A DNA stretch of 63,922 nucleotides, filler included, from Octopus bimaculoides (taxonomy: Eukaryota), in the NCBI RefSeq assembly GCF_001194135.2. It is 6 parts of 6 records of this genome, joined end to end, with 100 filler letters (N's around TTAATTAATTAA, not from the genome) between each part and the next. Parts side by side here need not be neighbours in the genome. Positions count along the whole stretch, not along the records: positions 46,387 to 57,277 come from NC_068982.1; positions 57,378 to 59,711 come from NC_069005.1; positions 59,812 to 63,922 come from NC_069002.1; 3 more parts are not named here. One strand, given 5' to 3'. The notes beneath the pieces were generated by a model. That model was not told the DNA's origin, searched no databases, and worked only from the letters and a program-made list of their open reading frames with translations. Made by a program: the position numbers and the translations under genes. Below are positions 47,561 through 61,145 of the stretch, piece after piece (positions within the stretch are counted from its first letter, which is position 1; each line of letters opens with the position of its first letter).

Positions 47561-48634
47561 ACCAGTACTTAAAGCGCTTCTTTCGTTTTCTAAGCCTCTT
47601 CAACATACCTTCGACGTGACAACAACTTGCTCCTTTGGCATGCCTCAACGAAGCTCTTAATATTCAGATGCCGATTACAAGTTAACCAGCGGCTGCTAAG
47701 CTGAATGACACAGGATTTGTAAAATCAAGCATCACCAAAAATAAAACTTATTTTTATTATGTTGTTAATTGTTCTACTGTTTTTTAATATATAATTTTGT
47801 TGAAAGGTGATAGAGAGAGACTAATGTCTCTATTGCAACTATCAACCTTTTACAACTACATGCATGCACTGAAAATAAAAATGCTACGCATTACACACAA
47901 TATCACCTCAACAATGTCCTCAGAAACAACAGCATAGTGTACAAACAATATATGAGATTCACCAAGGATGGGTAACATGCAGTTCGAAAAAATTCAAAGT
48001 AAAAGTGACAACAACGAAATCTCTTAATTTCAGAAATAAGGGTTCTTAGTTATATATTATCCTCTAGTGATGATAGCGTGGGTATTTCTAAAATAGCAGT
48101 TGATGTATGCCACTGCAATGTAGTACACTCAACAACGAGCACTGGCGAAAAGCAACAGGGCCTCATACGTTAGTTTAGGTCACTGCTGACCCGACAATAA
48201 GAGCATCCATACATAGACTATCGAAAGGCTGCAGATACTCCCCAAGAAGAATATCAGAAGACAATGCAGAACGAGTGATGCTTTATCTACATGGTCATCT
48301 ATTATGATTATATGAGGCAAAACTGGTTCAGAGACCGAGAATAGGCTAAATGTATGTTTTATACATGCCTTTCATTTTATATAAATATAATGAAATCATG
48401 GGATTTCACTGTCGTTACTTTTACGTTTTAGGACACTAAACTGCATGTTAACCCTTATGGGTTATACCAACCCTGTCTGATGCTCCCTAATCTTTTCTTA
48501 GTAAATCACAATGAACTTTAAAAAACTATAACGACTCCCTACATAAAGAACCAAAATTACTAAGATGAAAGAACAACTTGATATACGAAGGACGCAGTCC
48601 CCGTCACTGCAAGCATAACTCCGAAACAAACAAA

Positions 48635-49245
48635 TCATCATCCTTCGACCAACTTATGGTTGGTTGGAGCTCCATTGACAATCCTTTTCCACACTGCACG
48701 GTCCTTCATTGCTGTGTTCAGATCTTTAATATCCAGCCCTGAATCCCGAGATGTAGTATCGGGAAATGTCAGTTTCCTGGAGAAAACACTTCCAGAGGGA
48801 TACCATAGGAGCAGGGATGAGATAACCTCTTTCTCCGCTCGTGACAGTGGCCAGCAAATTGTAGCCGTTTCTGCTTTAGCTTGAGGGATATTGGTATCAG
48901 ATATCCATAGTTGTTACTAAGTGTTGGTGGTGATCTCCAACTGAGGTTCTGTATGTTTCTGAGCAGGTTGGTATATTTTCCATCTCGTTGTTTTTCTAAG
49001 AGAACCGATAAGGTCCAGGTCTCTGATCCATACAGAAGGACCGGCTCAATCAGTCTTCTAAATATTCTAACTTTTAACGTAGGTGGAAGGTTTGAGTGCT
49101 TTTGGGAGTTTACTATGCGTGATCCAAGATATCTGAATTCGTCAACGTTTTTGATTGATATATTATTGAGCGATTTAAGTTCAGTTAACTTGGAAGAGGT
49201 CGTGATAAACTCTGTCTTACTCTTTACATGCACAACATCCCAGAA
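48635..49245 (-). pseudogene. RTE-clade LINE 3' half (post-RT region), with deletion and frameshift
   Basis: VDEFRYLGS..RLIEPVLLYGSETWTL..KRLQFAGHC; next frame ISSLLLW..DTTSRDSGL..AMKDRAVWKRIV; (GAT)n tail. Confidence 0.85.
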
Positions 49246-50802
49246 CACTACTCATGGGGAAAAACCAAGATTTCGATCGGGGGTTAGGAGCTCTCAATAT
49301 TTAAAATGGATCTATCACCAGCCATAAACCTGTCGAGCCCTCTCTGGCAACGGAAGTGCAACTACAATACTATCCCAAAAGCAATGTCATCCATTCAGTC
49401 AAGATACACACACACACACGCGCGCACACAAAAAAGATGCGCAACTGGTGCCATATAGCTGAGTTCATTTCACTCGAATCTGTTTTGGTACCACCAGAAT
49501 CAACAAAAGCCTTTACACAGTCGCTTCATCTACTAAAAGCAGCAGCCAAATTTCCCTCGAGTCCCACTCCACTATCTTAAATACGTTGGAAACACTGTAT
49601 GTTGAAGTCCTATATTTACAAAAAGACACAAACATCTTCCATCTTAATCATGATTAACCGAATGTGCAGAAATATATAATTAGATTACAACATATCCAAA
49701 CTGTCGAATAGCAACTATCAAAATGTCAACCACTGCTGTATAGGACAATCCAATATGATTGAAATGTACGTGATACAGTTTGTTAGTTTGGACATTACAA
49801 CATCACAAGAAGTGGACCCGTGGATCGTACCTAATTACTTTAACCGACTATCCGTGTGATGATTCTGTTCGATTAGGGTTGACTGTTACGATAAAGTAAT
49901 AACAAGAACAACTTGGAAGTGAAGTGAAGTGAAGTGAAATAAATAGTCGCATGGCAAAAGGCAATCGAACAATTTGGGTTGGAATAGTTCGGTAAGTAGT
50001 AAACCAGCACACGAATTTAAATGTGTAAAGAAATGCTTTGAGTCAAAACAGCCGCAACTTCATTATTACTTATTTATTTATCTTTCTATTTATTTTTGCT
50101 ATGTGTGCTATTCATCACAACTTATCGACCTTCCGACAAAACCAAGTATCTGTCTGTTCTATCCCACATTCATTTCTATCCCGACTATTTGTCATATTTA
50201 TCAAAACAGTTCACTATTCAGAAAGTTGGTGTTCCTATTGTTACTGTTGCTGAAGCAGTTGTATGTTATTTTTTTTCTTTTCCCTCTCTATTTCCATAAT
50301 TCTGTTTGTATTTCTATCAAATAAATTAAGTTTAACAATTGTTATATAGAGCGCTGTGACCTGAAAAACTGGTTTCATAGTCCATGAGAATGACATGAAA
50401 CTATATACAGATAATATACAATACACGAGACACATATCTCTTGCTAAAACTGAAATATCTATATATCTAATATCTATGCACAACCTCTGGAAAGTAAAAT
50501 GGATAGTTGTAGTCATGGCTACTTACAAGAAAAATCAATAACAATATCGACTTATTGGTTACCAAGTTTGATTGGATACGTGCAAATATTACTACTAGTT
50601 CGGAACCACGTAATTGACACTCTCTCTCCCTCCTCTTTCTCTATTACTCGCTCGCTCACTCGTTCAGTCACTCACTCACTCTCTCTCTCTCTCTCTCCCT
50701 ATCCCCTCCCCTCCCCCTCCCACACCACACTCTGTCTCTCTGTCTCTGACTCTCTCTTTCTCTGTCTGTCTATCTATCTGTCTGTCTGTCTGTCTATTTC
50801 TT

Positions 50803-50887
<85 letters not shown>

Positions 50888-52154
50888 ACAATCATTTCAG
50901 TTTGTATGTGCATATAAATAGATCTCTACATCTTAGGTATGGTCATATATGAGTGTGTATGCGCGGATGCACTGGATGGCTGCGTAAACGAAAAGTTGAT
51001 CAAATTTATCTCATAATAATTAACCTAATAATAATTAACGACGATAAAACGCTTAAAGATAATAACATAAAATTACATTCGCAAGCCGTTCCATATCAGA
51101 AACGACGGAGTTGCTTTGACCAGCAGTGTTTGAGTAAAAGATGGAGTAGTGTTCTCTAAGAAAGAAGCAGACATGGTTATGGAAGACATTAATGTTAACG
51201 AGCTTTATGAGGTTAAATTGCCGAAGAAAAAGAGTTAAAAAATGCGTGAGGTTATATTTTATTACGAATTATTTTTACATTCATTGTTCGAACATAACCG
51301 AGGGTCTCTCCGCCTTTTAACACTTTCAAAACGGCAAAAAAGGTACCAAATAAATATTGGAACAACCCTAATTAAGTGATAATTTATCAAATGCATAATG
51401 TATCAAAAAACTTTATAGAAGTAAATAAGAGATGTAGAGAACAAAAGATATTTCTTAAATTTTTGTCAAGTAAGGGAGACAACTTCAGGTATATTTCCGC
51501 ATAACGTGTCCTCATCAGTAAAGTGAAACCTTTCGACTAAACTCTCCTTCTATAGTTTCTTTTCTTATAGAATAGAACTAAAAAGATAAGTACAACAACA
51601 ACATTAAATTCAAACGAACTCTAAATAAGGATATTATTATTATTGTTACGTATATTATTATTGTATATTGTTATGCAGTGTCAGGAGGGGGTTGCGAGAA
51701 AGCTTGCTAGTCATGCAATGCTTGGAGGGAGCCTTTTCTTTCCCTAATTATTTCATTGGAGATGTTGCGATGGTGGGTAAACGTCCGTCATTCGGTGATA
51801 ATAGGTAACATCCTCCTCGTATTGTAAGCAGTGATCGTCAACTGAAGTGACTCGGTGGTTTCGGAATTCTAACATCCTCGGTAGATCGGACATGTCAGAG
51901 GAGAAGTTCATTTGCTGGCAAAAGAAGTTAGCACACGACTGACTCAAGGAACTTCAGTTACTTAGCTAACCTATTGTGCAAAAGGGTTCTGAGATCATGG
52001 ATGTATGCGATAGTAAGATATGCGTTGTGTCGCGTTGATTAAGAAATAAACATGAACTGATGGAGAAAGAGAGACGTGGGGGGGGTGAAGGCTGGGTTTT
52101 GCATCTGAGAAAAAATTGAAGTGTGCTCAGTGAGTTGTTGTATCGTCCAAACAC

Positions 52155-52475
52155 CTAAGCCCTTCGCTTCCTATGGAGCATAGACCATCGACAATTTCTT
52201 CTACTGTTCTCAACTCTGAAAGAAGGCCTTCCTCTCCCAGGTTTTGTTGGTTTTGAATTGTCATCGATGCTTCCGTAACTTGGCTTTTTTCTTAGCTAGA
52301 AGTGTTGACCTATCACAAACCCATTTTTATCTCTGGGAAGAGGTGGTCCATATTAGTCTGGTCTCTGTTTTCTGACCTGTTCAGTATGGAAGATCTTACC
52401 AGGAGCTTGTACTCAGCTGGCGTAGTTATCAGGGCCATCGAAACACATAAACCACCACACAGCAACAAGTACTAG
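52155..52475 (-). mobile_element. Bipartite non-autonomous RTE element (5' UTR fused to extreme 3' end)
   Basis: rc begins CTTGTTGCTGTGTGGTGG..GATGGCCCTGATAACTACGCC..CTCCTGGTAAG..CAGGTCA (Rex3/Expander-like 5' UTR, from memory) and ends GTCGATGGTCTATGCTCCATAGGAAGCGAAGGGCTTA (RTE 3' end). Confidence 0.6.
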
Positions 52476-53012
52476 ACCTTGTGGTGGTCTAGACACATAG
52501 GTAGGCAAGAATAGGTAGGCATAGATAGTTCAGGATAGTAAGTGATTGGGTATTTATCAGTGCCGATTTGAGAGGGCGCTAGCAATGATATTTATTAGGA
52601 GGCTCGTCGCTATTATCAAACTACCGAATTACAGGAAACATAATTCTACTGTAATAGCTTCTGCTCCACAGACCCGGCTGGTCTCGTACCTCCTCCACTC
52701 AAGCACTCACCACCCACTCGTCTCTCCATCTCTACTTACTTTTGTTGCTCCCAACATCCCCCACCCCATCCCATCCTATCCCATCCCGTCCCTGCTTCAC
52801 ACTACCCGTTTTATGTAGTTTCCACTGAACATCGGCCCTTGAAATATTATCTCTGCTAATGTAATTTCTGCGGATATTTGTCTTGCAATATTTCAAACAG
52901 AACATTGTCTTCATCAAATCTCCGAGGGTCTGCAAAAATCATGGGTATTGCTCCTCCCTACACACTCAGCAAGTTTTTTTAATGAAAGTAGTAGAGAGGC
53001 CTGGATAAAATA

Positions 53013-53181
53013 GTTAGGTGCAGGCACGGCTGTGTGGTTGAATAGCTTGCTTTCTGACCATGTAGTTCTTCGTTTCTGTCCCACTGTGCGGTACTTTGGG
53101 CAAGTGTCTTTTCTATTATGGCTCCGAACCGACCAAAGTCTCGAGGATGGATTTGGCATATAGAAACTGAAAGAAGCCCGT

Positions 53182-53243
<62 letters not shown>

Positions 53244-53450
53244 TCTCCCCACACCGCTTAACAACCAGTTCTGGTTTGTTTACGTACTCCTAACTTAGTG
53301 GTTCGGAAGAAAAGTGACCGATGGAATAAATACCTGTCTTAACAAAAATATTTTGCCCTGTGGGTGATTTGTTCGACTAAAACCTTCAGGAAAGTGCTCC
53401 AGAATGCCCGCAATCTAATGATTGAAACAAGTCAAACATAAGGAATAAAG
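53013..53450 (+). mobile_element. Full-length SINE-B with internal (TG)n
   Basis: Head 53013-53185, (TG)n, tail GAAAGTGCTCCAGAATGCCCGCAATCTAATGATTGAAAC. Confidence 0.85.
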
Positions 53451-54268
53451 AAGAAACTTCTTTTTTACTACTTCTATTAATTAAGAGGAGGTAGGGTCGA
53501 AGTACATAAACTAGAACTAGTGAGTAGCACCTTCGCACGCTGACCTATCATATGACACATGATCTCGTATCATTTTCTACTTCGGCGAGCAGAATATTTC
53601 GGGAAACTCCTATCCCAAGAACATAGGTTTCCAGCTGGGACGCCGAACGGAAGAGATCGACATAGTGATCATCGGTAAACCATGAGCTCTGGTTGCCCCT
53701 GTCAGCGTCCTCCACCCCCTATACATACACTCCCATCAAACATTCATCATTTAACTCTAGAAATAGTCGATTTTGTAAAGTAAAAAAAAATAATTTTAGA
53801 AAGTTTACAAAGCTGTTGATAAACAAATGGCTTTTAAACGTATTCAAAACAACTTTACAAATGGGGAGTGTGAAACGAAAGGAAAAGGCAGAGCGATGAC
53901 AAATGCCTGAAAATATATGAATAAATAAATATATGAAATGGAAGTGAAAAACAGAGAAAGGATGAAAGGACGAAAGGATGGAAGGATGGAAGAATGGAAA
54001 GACAGATTGAAGGGAAGTAGGGAGGAGAAAAACGACAACAAACTATTAAACAAAATATAAATAAGTAACTAAATAGATAAATGAATAAGTAAAAAAGTTT
54101 GACATATTTTCAGCTTGAAAAAGTAGACGATTCACAAACAAATAAAGAGACATTCTATCCTATCATTTCCTCGCGTAAATAATGAGAGTTTACAACATAA
54201 AATATTTGAAATGCCATGAATAACACACTTCATTTCTTCATACACGCAGACTCACACAGACGGACACA

Positions 54269-54306
<38 letters not shown>

Positions 54307-55135
54307 NNNNNNNNNNNNNNNNNNNNNNNNNNNNNNNNNNNNNNNNNNNNNNNNNNNNNNNNNNNNNNNNNNNNNNNNNNNNNNNNNNNNNNNNNNNNNN
54401 NNNNNNNNNNNNNNNNNNNNNNNNNNNNNNNNNNNNNNNNNNNNNNNNNNNNNNNNNNNNNNNNNNNNNNNNNNNNNNNNNNNNNNNNNNNNNNNNNNNN
54501 NNNNNNNNNNNNNNNNNNNNNNNNNNNNNNNNNNNNNNNNNNNNNNNNNNNNNNNNNNNNNNNNNNNNNNNNNNNNNNNNNNNNNNNNNNNNNNNNNNNN
54601 NNNNNNNNNNNNNNNNNNNNNNNNNNNNNNNNNNNNNNNNNNNNNNNNNNNNNNNNNNNNNNNNNNNNNNNNNNNNNNNNNNNNNNNNNNNNNNNNNNNN
54701 NNNNNNNNNNNNNNNNNNNNNNNNNNNNNNNNNNNNNNNNNNNNNNNNNNNNNNNNNNNNNNNNNNNNNNNNNNNNNNNNNNNNNNNNNNNNNNNNNNNN
54801 NNNNNNNNNNNNNNNNNNNNNNNNNNNNNNNNNNNNNNNNNNNNNNNNNNNNNNNNNNNNNNNATCATCATAAATATACAGGGATTAGCATTGAGCTGCT
54901 TCTCCAACATACTGAAAATTTAGAAATAGCAGTCAAAGAACTACTGATTCTAAACTACAAATTTTTCTCTAAACGGATGGCGGTATTTATGGCACACATA
55001 GAACAAAAAACCGGAGGGAAAAGCATAAACAAAACAAATCTTTAGTTAATCGGATACGATCGTTTCATGGTTAAGAGAATGAAAATTTCTCTATTCCAAA
55101 TCTTCAGTCCGATATTCTGATAAATTTTGAAAGTG

Positions 55136-55171
<36 letters not shown>

Positions 55172-55744
55172 TGTATGTATTCTACAAATATTTAGCCAAC
55201 CTTCACCTTAGTTACTCTGTCCTGCTAAACATGCAAACCAGAAATTATTTCTTCTCAGAGACGAAAATTTCTTTTCCTCTATCTTTATATCGTCTCTGCT
55301 GTCCAGACGAAGCTCTCAGCTCTGAAAACGTGGTACCAGGGTTTATGTAGAATTCTTTCTCCCTCCAACTCCTACCTGGATGTCAGCGATGAAGTCTTGC
55401 AAGTTGCTCTGGTTCAAAGTCTCTCCTCTTCATGTCTCTAAATTCCTCTGTTATCATTTTTCAGAAGACCTCCAACCACTTGCAGTCGTAGAACTGTTGC
55501 TGCAGCTACCACCACCACCACCACCACCACCACCNNNNNNNNNNNNNNNNNNNNNNNNNNNNNNNNNNNNNNNNNNNNNNNNNNNNNNNNNNNNNNNNNN
55601 NNNNNNNNNNNNNNNNNNNNNNNNNNNNNNNNNNNNNNNNNNNNNNNNNNNNNNNNNNNNNNNNNNNNNNNNNNNNNNNNNNNNNNNNNNNNNNNNNNNN
55701 NNNNNNNAAATATTGGCACAAAGACACACACATACGCACACAAG

Positions 55745-55975
55745 ACACCCCCAGACACATGCACATGTGTATGTTTGTGTGTCTGTGTTTGTCCCCCCCT
55801 ACCACCACCACCATCGCTTGACGTCCGATGGTCGTGTGTTAACGTCCTCGTAACCTAGCGGTTCAGCAAAAGAGACCGATAGAATAAGTACCAGTCTTAC
55901 AAAGAATAAGTCCTGGTGTCGATTTGCTCGACTAAAGGCGGTGCCCCAGTATGGCCGCAGTCAAATGACTGTTAA
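55745..55975 (+). mobile_element. SINE-B tail
   Basis: TTTGTCCCCCC..CATCGCTTGAC..GATTTGCTCGACTAAAGGCGGTGCCCCAGTATGGCCGCAGTCAAATGACTG. Confidence 0.85.
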
Positions 55976-56727
55976 AGAATATAATTCTATACGAAAATAA
56001 TGCTATTTCGCAAAACCACCAGCAGCTGGTGGATCGTGGACTGGTTCCGGTTCACAGACCACTTTGAGTAGCACTGCAATAGAGGACATTTATCATCAGC
56101 AATCTGGACTACTGCACTCTCACAGTGTCAATTTAATAGTGGAACTTCAAGCAGTTCAGCTGTGCTACACTAAAATTGTGTCAATGAAACATTTGAGCTA
56201 GTGGGAGATGCTGAAAGAAGTGTGACTCTACTGCCAGAAGCTATGGTTTGAGAGACAAATGGCAATGTACTTCTATGTATTTCTATCCAAAATGCGGGAT
56301 CCAAAATGCGGGATCCAAAATGTAAATAGTGTAAACTTAATTCAGTTGGGATACAGATATATGGCACTAAAGTAAACTGTATTACTAATACTCTATAAAT
56401 TGTAATCATTCTAAAACAAGCCATAAGCTGTTGGTCGAAGTTTTGAATGATATATTTATACCTCGTTAGTTGTTACAGAAGTGCAACAAGCAACTACACC
56501 TGACCTTTGTCGATGCTTCATTTCTCAAATTAAGGCCTCCGATTTAATAAATCACAATGCGTTGTAGAGAACTGAATGATTCGGGCGTAAGTTTTAAGAA
56601 ATAATTAGATAAGTTGATTGAGTGATGAGTTATCGAATATTACAAAAGTCTACAATGATTATTCAAAAGTATATCTAACTGTGGAGAGTGCTGATATCTA
56701 TTTTCAATAAATGATAGTTTAAAACAA

Positions 56728-56875
56728 GTTTTTGATCAAAATTTTTGATCAAAATCTTTGTTGAAGAAAATTTTGATGAAAATTTTCGACGAAAGTGTTT
56801 GATGAAAACGTTTGATGAAAATGTTAAATGAAAATTTTGATGAAAAGTTTTGATGAAAATATTGATGAAAATTTT
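56728..56875. repeat. Degenerate ~11-13-bp TTTTGATGAAAA tandem repeat
   Basis: About 10 units directly upstream of the CCCTAA array. Confidence 0.85.
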
Positions 56876-56877
56876 TA

Positions 56878-57277
56878 CTCTAACCCTAACCCTAGCTCTA
56901 ACCCTAGCCATAGCCCTAACCTTAACCCTAGCCCTAACACTAACCCTAACCCTAACCCTAAACCTAACCCTAACCCTAAACCTAAGTCTAACCCTAGCCC
57001 TAACCCTAACAGTAGGCCTAACACTAACCCTAAACCTAAACCTAAACCTAACCCTGACTCTAACCTTAACCCTAACCCTAACCCGAAACGTAACCCTAAC
57101 TCTAACCATAACATAACCCTAACTCTAAACATAACACTAACCCTAATCCTAACCCTAATCGTAAGCCTAACCCTAACCCTAACCCTAACTCTAACCCTAA
57201 CCCTAAACCTAACCCTAACCCTAAACCTAAGTCTAACCCTAGCCCTAACCCTAACAGTAGGCCTAACACTAACCCTA
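56878..57277. repeat. Degenerate interstitial telomere-like (CCCTAA)n array
   Basis: About 65 hexamers, CCCTAA with variants CTCTAA, CCCTAG, ACCTAA, CACTAA and GTCTAA; runs into the scaffold gap. Confidence 0.95.
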
Positions 57278-57409
57278 NNNNNNNNNNNNNNNNNNNNNNN
57301 NNNNNNNNNNNNNNNNNNNNNTTAATTAATTAANNNNNNNNNNNNNNNNNNNNNNNNNNNNNNNNNNNNNNNNNNNNGTGCCGATTTATAGTAGCTTACC
57401 TTTCGACTT

Positions 57410-57512
57410 ATTTGCCATGAAACCACCTCAATTCTGGGAAGAGGGTATTTTCAAGTTAAAGGAAAGATGAAAACGCATTGTGCAACAAAATGGTTCATAT
57501 TTGGTTGATTAA
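57410..57512 (+). mobile_element. mariner transposase C-terminal fragment
   Basis: KPPQFWEEGIFKLKER*KRIVQQNGSYLVD* matches the mariner GI.KL.ERW..VV.QNG.Y motif. Confidence 0.8.
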
Positions 57513-57883
57513 AAATGTAATGGCAAGTATTTATGTATGTATGTATGTATGTATGTATGTATGTATGTATGTGTGGATGTAGATGTATGTGACTATGTGT
57601 ACGTATATGTAAGTGTGTGTGCGCGCGCGTGTATGTGTGTGTATGTAACTGTGTACGTGTGTATGCGTGTGAGTATGTGTGCGTGTGTGTGTTCCATACC
57701 TTGTTGCTTAAGATATAATAGCTCTTAGCCTTGATAGCGAACCCAACACACAGAAGGTTGGGTCATCACAGAGTTAATGTAAATTTGATTGCTGACACAG
57801 AGGTATGTATTTATTTCGTTCTTCAATAACTCCACACACACATGCACTCACACACTCCCACAGACACTCACAGACACACACAG

Positions 57884-57922
<39 letters not shown>

Positions 57923-57949
57923 ACATCATACAATATCATATATATATAC

Positions 57950-57981
<32 letters not shown>

Positions 57982-58733
57982 GTACATATATATGTATGTC
58001 CATAGATGTGCGTGTGTATGTGTTTATAGAGCCTCGTATAGTATATTAAATAAACATCGTTATTGTATTACACAAATGTATTAAAAGTGGATTATATTAC
58101 TTTCAATTTCCTTTTGCTTACATTTTCTATTCACATTTATTTTCATTCATCTATATAAACTTATAAATTGATGGTGTTTTAGAGTAAATCACAAATTTCG
58201 TGTAGTTATTGATCGTGTCTGTGTATATAGTATGTAATTATATTTGTATTTATCGTACAATTGGTAGGTATGGAATAAAATACTAATACAACATACATAC
58301 CAATGATGTGTAAAGATATAAATCCGTCTCATTATTTATATTAACTGCTTTTATATACAATACTGTCGACACAAGTGATTATGTGTATAACTTGCATATT
58401 GACTGTTATGAAAAAATTTCGACACTTTTTCATTTCCGGGGGTTTTGGTGAATGTGAAACATAATTCTGAAGAAATGCGTAATATCCACATATGTATACG
58501 CACATACACACACATGTGCATATATATAGACATATTTACACATACGCATATATATATATACATATATATATATATATGTACAGGCACAAATGAGGGGGTG
58601 TATATGTGTAAGTAGATATATGCGTGTGTAATATATGTAGGTATATTGTATAATAAATATATAAGGTGAAATAACATATACACGTAATTTACGTATAATT
58701 TAAACTTAATATATAATATATTGTATAAATGTG

Positions 58734-58764
<31 letters not shown>

Positions 58765-58765
58765 G

Positions 58766-58806
<41 letters not shown>

Positions 58807-59087
58807 NNNNNNNNNNNNNNNNNNNNNNNNNNNNNNNNNNNNNNNNNNNNNNNNNNNNNNNNNNNNNNNNNNNNNNNNNNNNNNNNNNNNNNNNNNNNNN
58901 NNNNNNNNNNNNNNNNNNNNNNNNNNNNNNNNNNNNNNNNNNNNNNNNNNNNNNNNNNNNNNNNNNNNNNNNNNNNNNNNNNNNNNNNNNNNNNNNNNNN
59001 NNNNNNNNNNNNNNNNNNNNNNNNNNNNNNNNNNNNNNNNNNNNNNNNNNNNNNNNNNNNNNNNNNNNNNNNNNNNNNNNNNNNNNN

Positions 59088-59126
<39 letters not shown>

Positions 59127-59284
59127 TATATTATATACACACACATACAGACAGACATATATATAATGGATAACGGAAAATGGATTATTGCATAACACTA
59201 CAATTGTTTCAACTCGATACACCCGTATGAACAATGTTGAAGCAGTATATAAAATATAAATTAACACATCATGTCAGTGTTATT

Positions 59285-59332
59285 ATTACTCCCAACCCGG
59301 AAATTTCGGGCCCTAAGCCGAAAATTTGAGAC

Positions 59333-59380
<48 letters not shown>

Positions 59381-59619
59381 CATCATCATCATCGTCCTCG
59401 TCGTCGTTGTTGTTGTTGTTAGAATCGTTAGCATATCGGACAAAATGCTTACCGGCATTTCGTCTGCCTTTACTTTTTGTATTCAAAGTCTACCGTGCTT
59501 GACTTTGCAGTTCACCAATGAGATGTCAATAAAATAAGTATCAATCGAGCATTGGGCTCGATGTAATCGACTATACACCTCCCCCAAAATTTCGGGCGTT
59601 GTGCCTTTAGTAGAAAGAC

Positions 59620-59620
<1 letters not shown>
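59285..59620 (+). mobile_element. SINE-A tail + (ATT)n followed by a second SINE-A ending in long (ATT)n
   Basis: ..AAAATTTGAGACC(ATT)n; then AGAATCGTTAGCAT..GTGCCTTTAGTAGAAAGAC(TTA)n. Confidence 0.75.
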
Positions 59621-59711
<91 letters not shown>

Positions 59712-59828
59712 NNNNNNNNNNNNNNNNNNNNNNNNNNNNNNNNNNNNNNNNNNNNTTAATTAATTAANNNNNNNNNNNNNNNNNNNNNNNNNNNNNNNNN
59801 NNNNNNNNNNNATATATATATATATATA

Positions 59829-59991
59829 TAGGAGCAGGAGTGGCTGTGTGGTAAGTAACTTGTTTAACAACTACATGGTCCTGGGTTCAGTCCCACTGTG
59901 TGGCACCTTGGGCAACTGTCTACTACTATAGCCTCGGCCCGTCCAAAACCTTGTGAGTGGATTTGGCGGACGGGAACTGAAAGAAGCCCGT
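59829..59991 (+). mobile_element. SINE-B head
   Basis: GGAGCAGGAGTGGCTGTGTGGTAAG..GGGTTCAGTCCC..GGCACCTTGGGCAAC..GAAAGAAGCCCGTC. Confidence 0.85.
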
Positions 59992-60329
59992 CCCTTCCCT
60001 TATTTTTCAATCCTTCTGCCCCCAACCTCTTTTTGTTTCTTCCAGGTGACCGGTGTTCGGCCAAGTATGATCTTTCGTTCTCGGCCTTACCGCCGCCCGT
60101 ACAACAACTTTTATCTATATGTTTACCTCAAGGCTTTTACTCCACACACCAGCTTAACTTAACTTGTCCTTATTAGTCGAAACACACCTGTAGTTACTCT
60201 CTTGCTGTTTGTATTTGTAATCGTGTAACATTTTCTCCGTTTTCTGGGTTTTTTTTTGCTCGTATTGTCGTACACATTCGCTTGCTTTTTTCCAAACATT
60301 TAATGCTCTCAGCTTATATTTTTGAGGCC

Positions 60330-60510
60330 TACCAACTTTGAACAGTCTCAAGTGAAACAGGCCGAAACTGTAATGATAATTAGAAGCTTGACTGATGAAC
60401 AAATGATCCGTAGTGGGTTTTCCCTGTCTGTCTTCGTATCGCCTATCTGTCCCTATGTTTTCATTGTCATCTGTTACGTTCTTATCCCGTTTTTTTAAAA
60501 TCTATATATA
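60330..60510 (+). mobile_element. Putative Penelope-like terminal fragment
   Basis: CTGATGAAC followed by a T-rich segment ending in (TA)n, the same layout as 17225-17478. Confidence 0.35.
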
Positions 60511-61041
60511 CATACAGTGGCGTACACACACCTTTTGGTCATTACAAACACACACATATCACAAATGCAGAAATATCGAGAAGTATGTTAATAGGCTCTT
60601 TTTTATCAACGTGTCACGAAGGGGTTTTAGACAGAAATAATAGCTTGTAGTAGATTGGATTAAAAAGATATTGCTTGGATGATGGAAAGTAGGAAAGGTC
60701 TCAGTAGATCTCGAACCTTGCACCTTTGCATCTCTAAAATTCTTACTGCCAATTACAGTGAAGCCGATTTCCGTCATTTTGTCATCGAATTAAGCGCTTC
60801 AGTCTTATCAGTGAGAAAGCTTATTTACATTTAGAACTGAAGTACGTAACAGAAAATCTGCAGTTCGAATCCTGCGCATGCGTGTATGTGTGTATATTGT
60901 AAATCTCTTAACACTTTTCACTCCCCCCTCTCTCTCTCTCTCTCCCCCTGTCTGTCTGTCTGTCTGTCTGTCTCTGTCTCTCTCTCTATCTCTCTATATA
61001 TATATATGTGTGTGTGTGTGTGTATGTGTGTATTTATATAT

Positions 61042-61090
<49 letters not shown>

Positions 61091-61095
61091 CACGC

Positions 61096-61145
<50 letters not shown>

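Noticed and set aside
48769-49248. 159-aa ORF as a host gene
   Set aside because: The LLYGSETW and LQFAGH motifs identify an RTE retrotransposon fragment.
51753-51947. 64-aa ORF in unique-looking sequence
   Set aside because: No motif or splice context recognised.
56878-57277. True chromosome end; NP/LT-repeat protein
   Set aside because: The polarity is wrong for a right end and the units are highly degenerate; the ORFs are hexamer translation artefacts.
60020-60070. Strong plus-strand acceptor CTCTTTTTGTTTCTTCCAG|G (similar candidates at 2469-2530 and 42395-42476)
   Set aside because: No recognisable peptide and no consistent exon chain; insufficient without RNA-seq.
60355-60410. Type II hammerhead (GGCCGAAAC...CTGATGA)
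   Set aside because: The sequences flanking the two boxes cannot form stem II.
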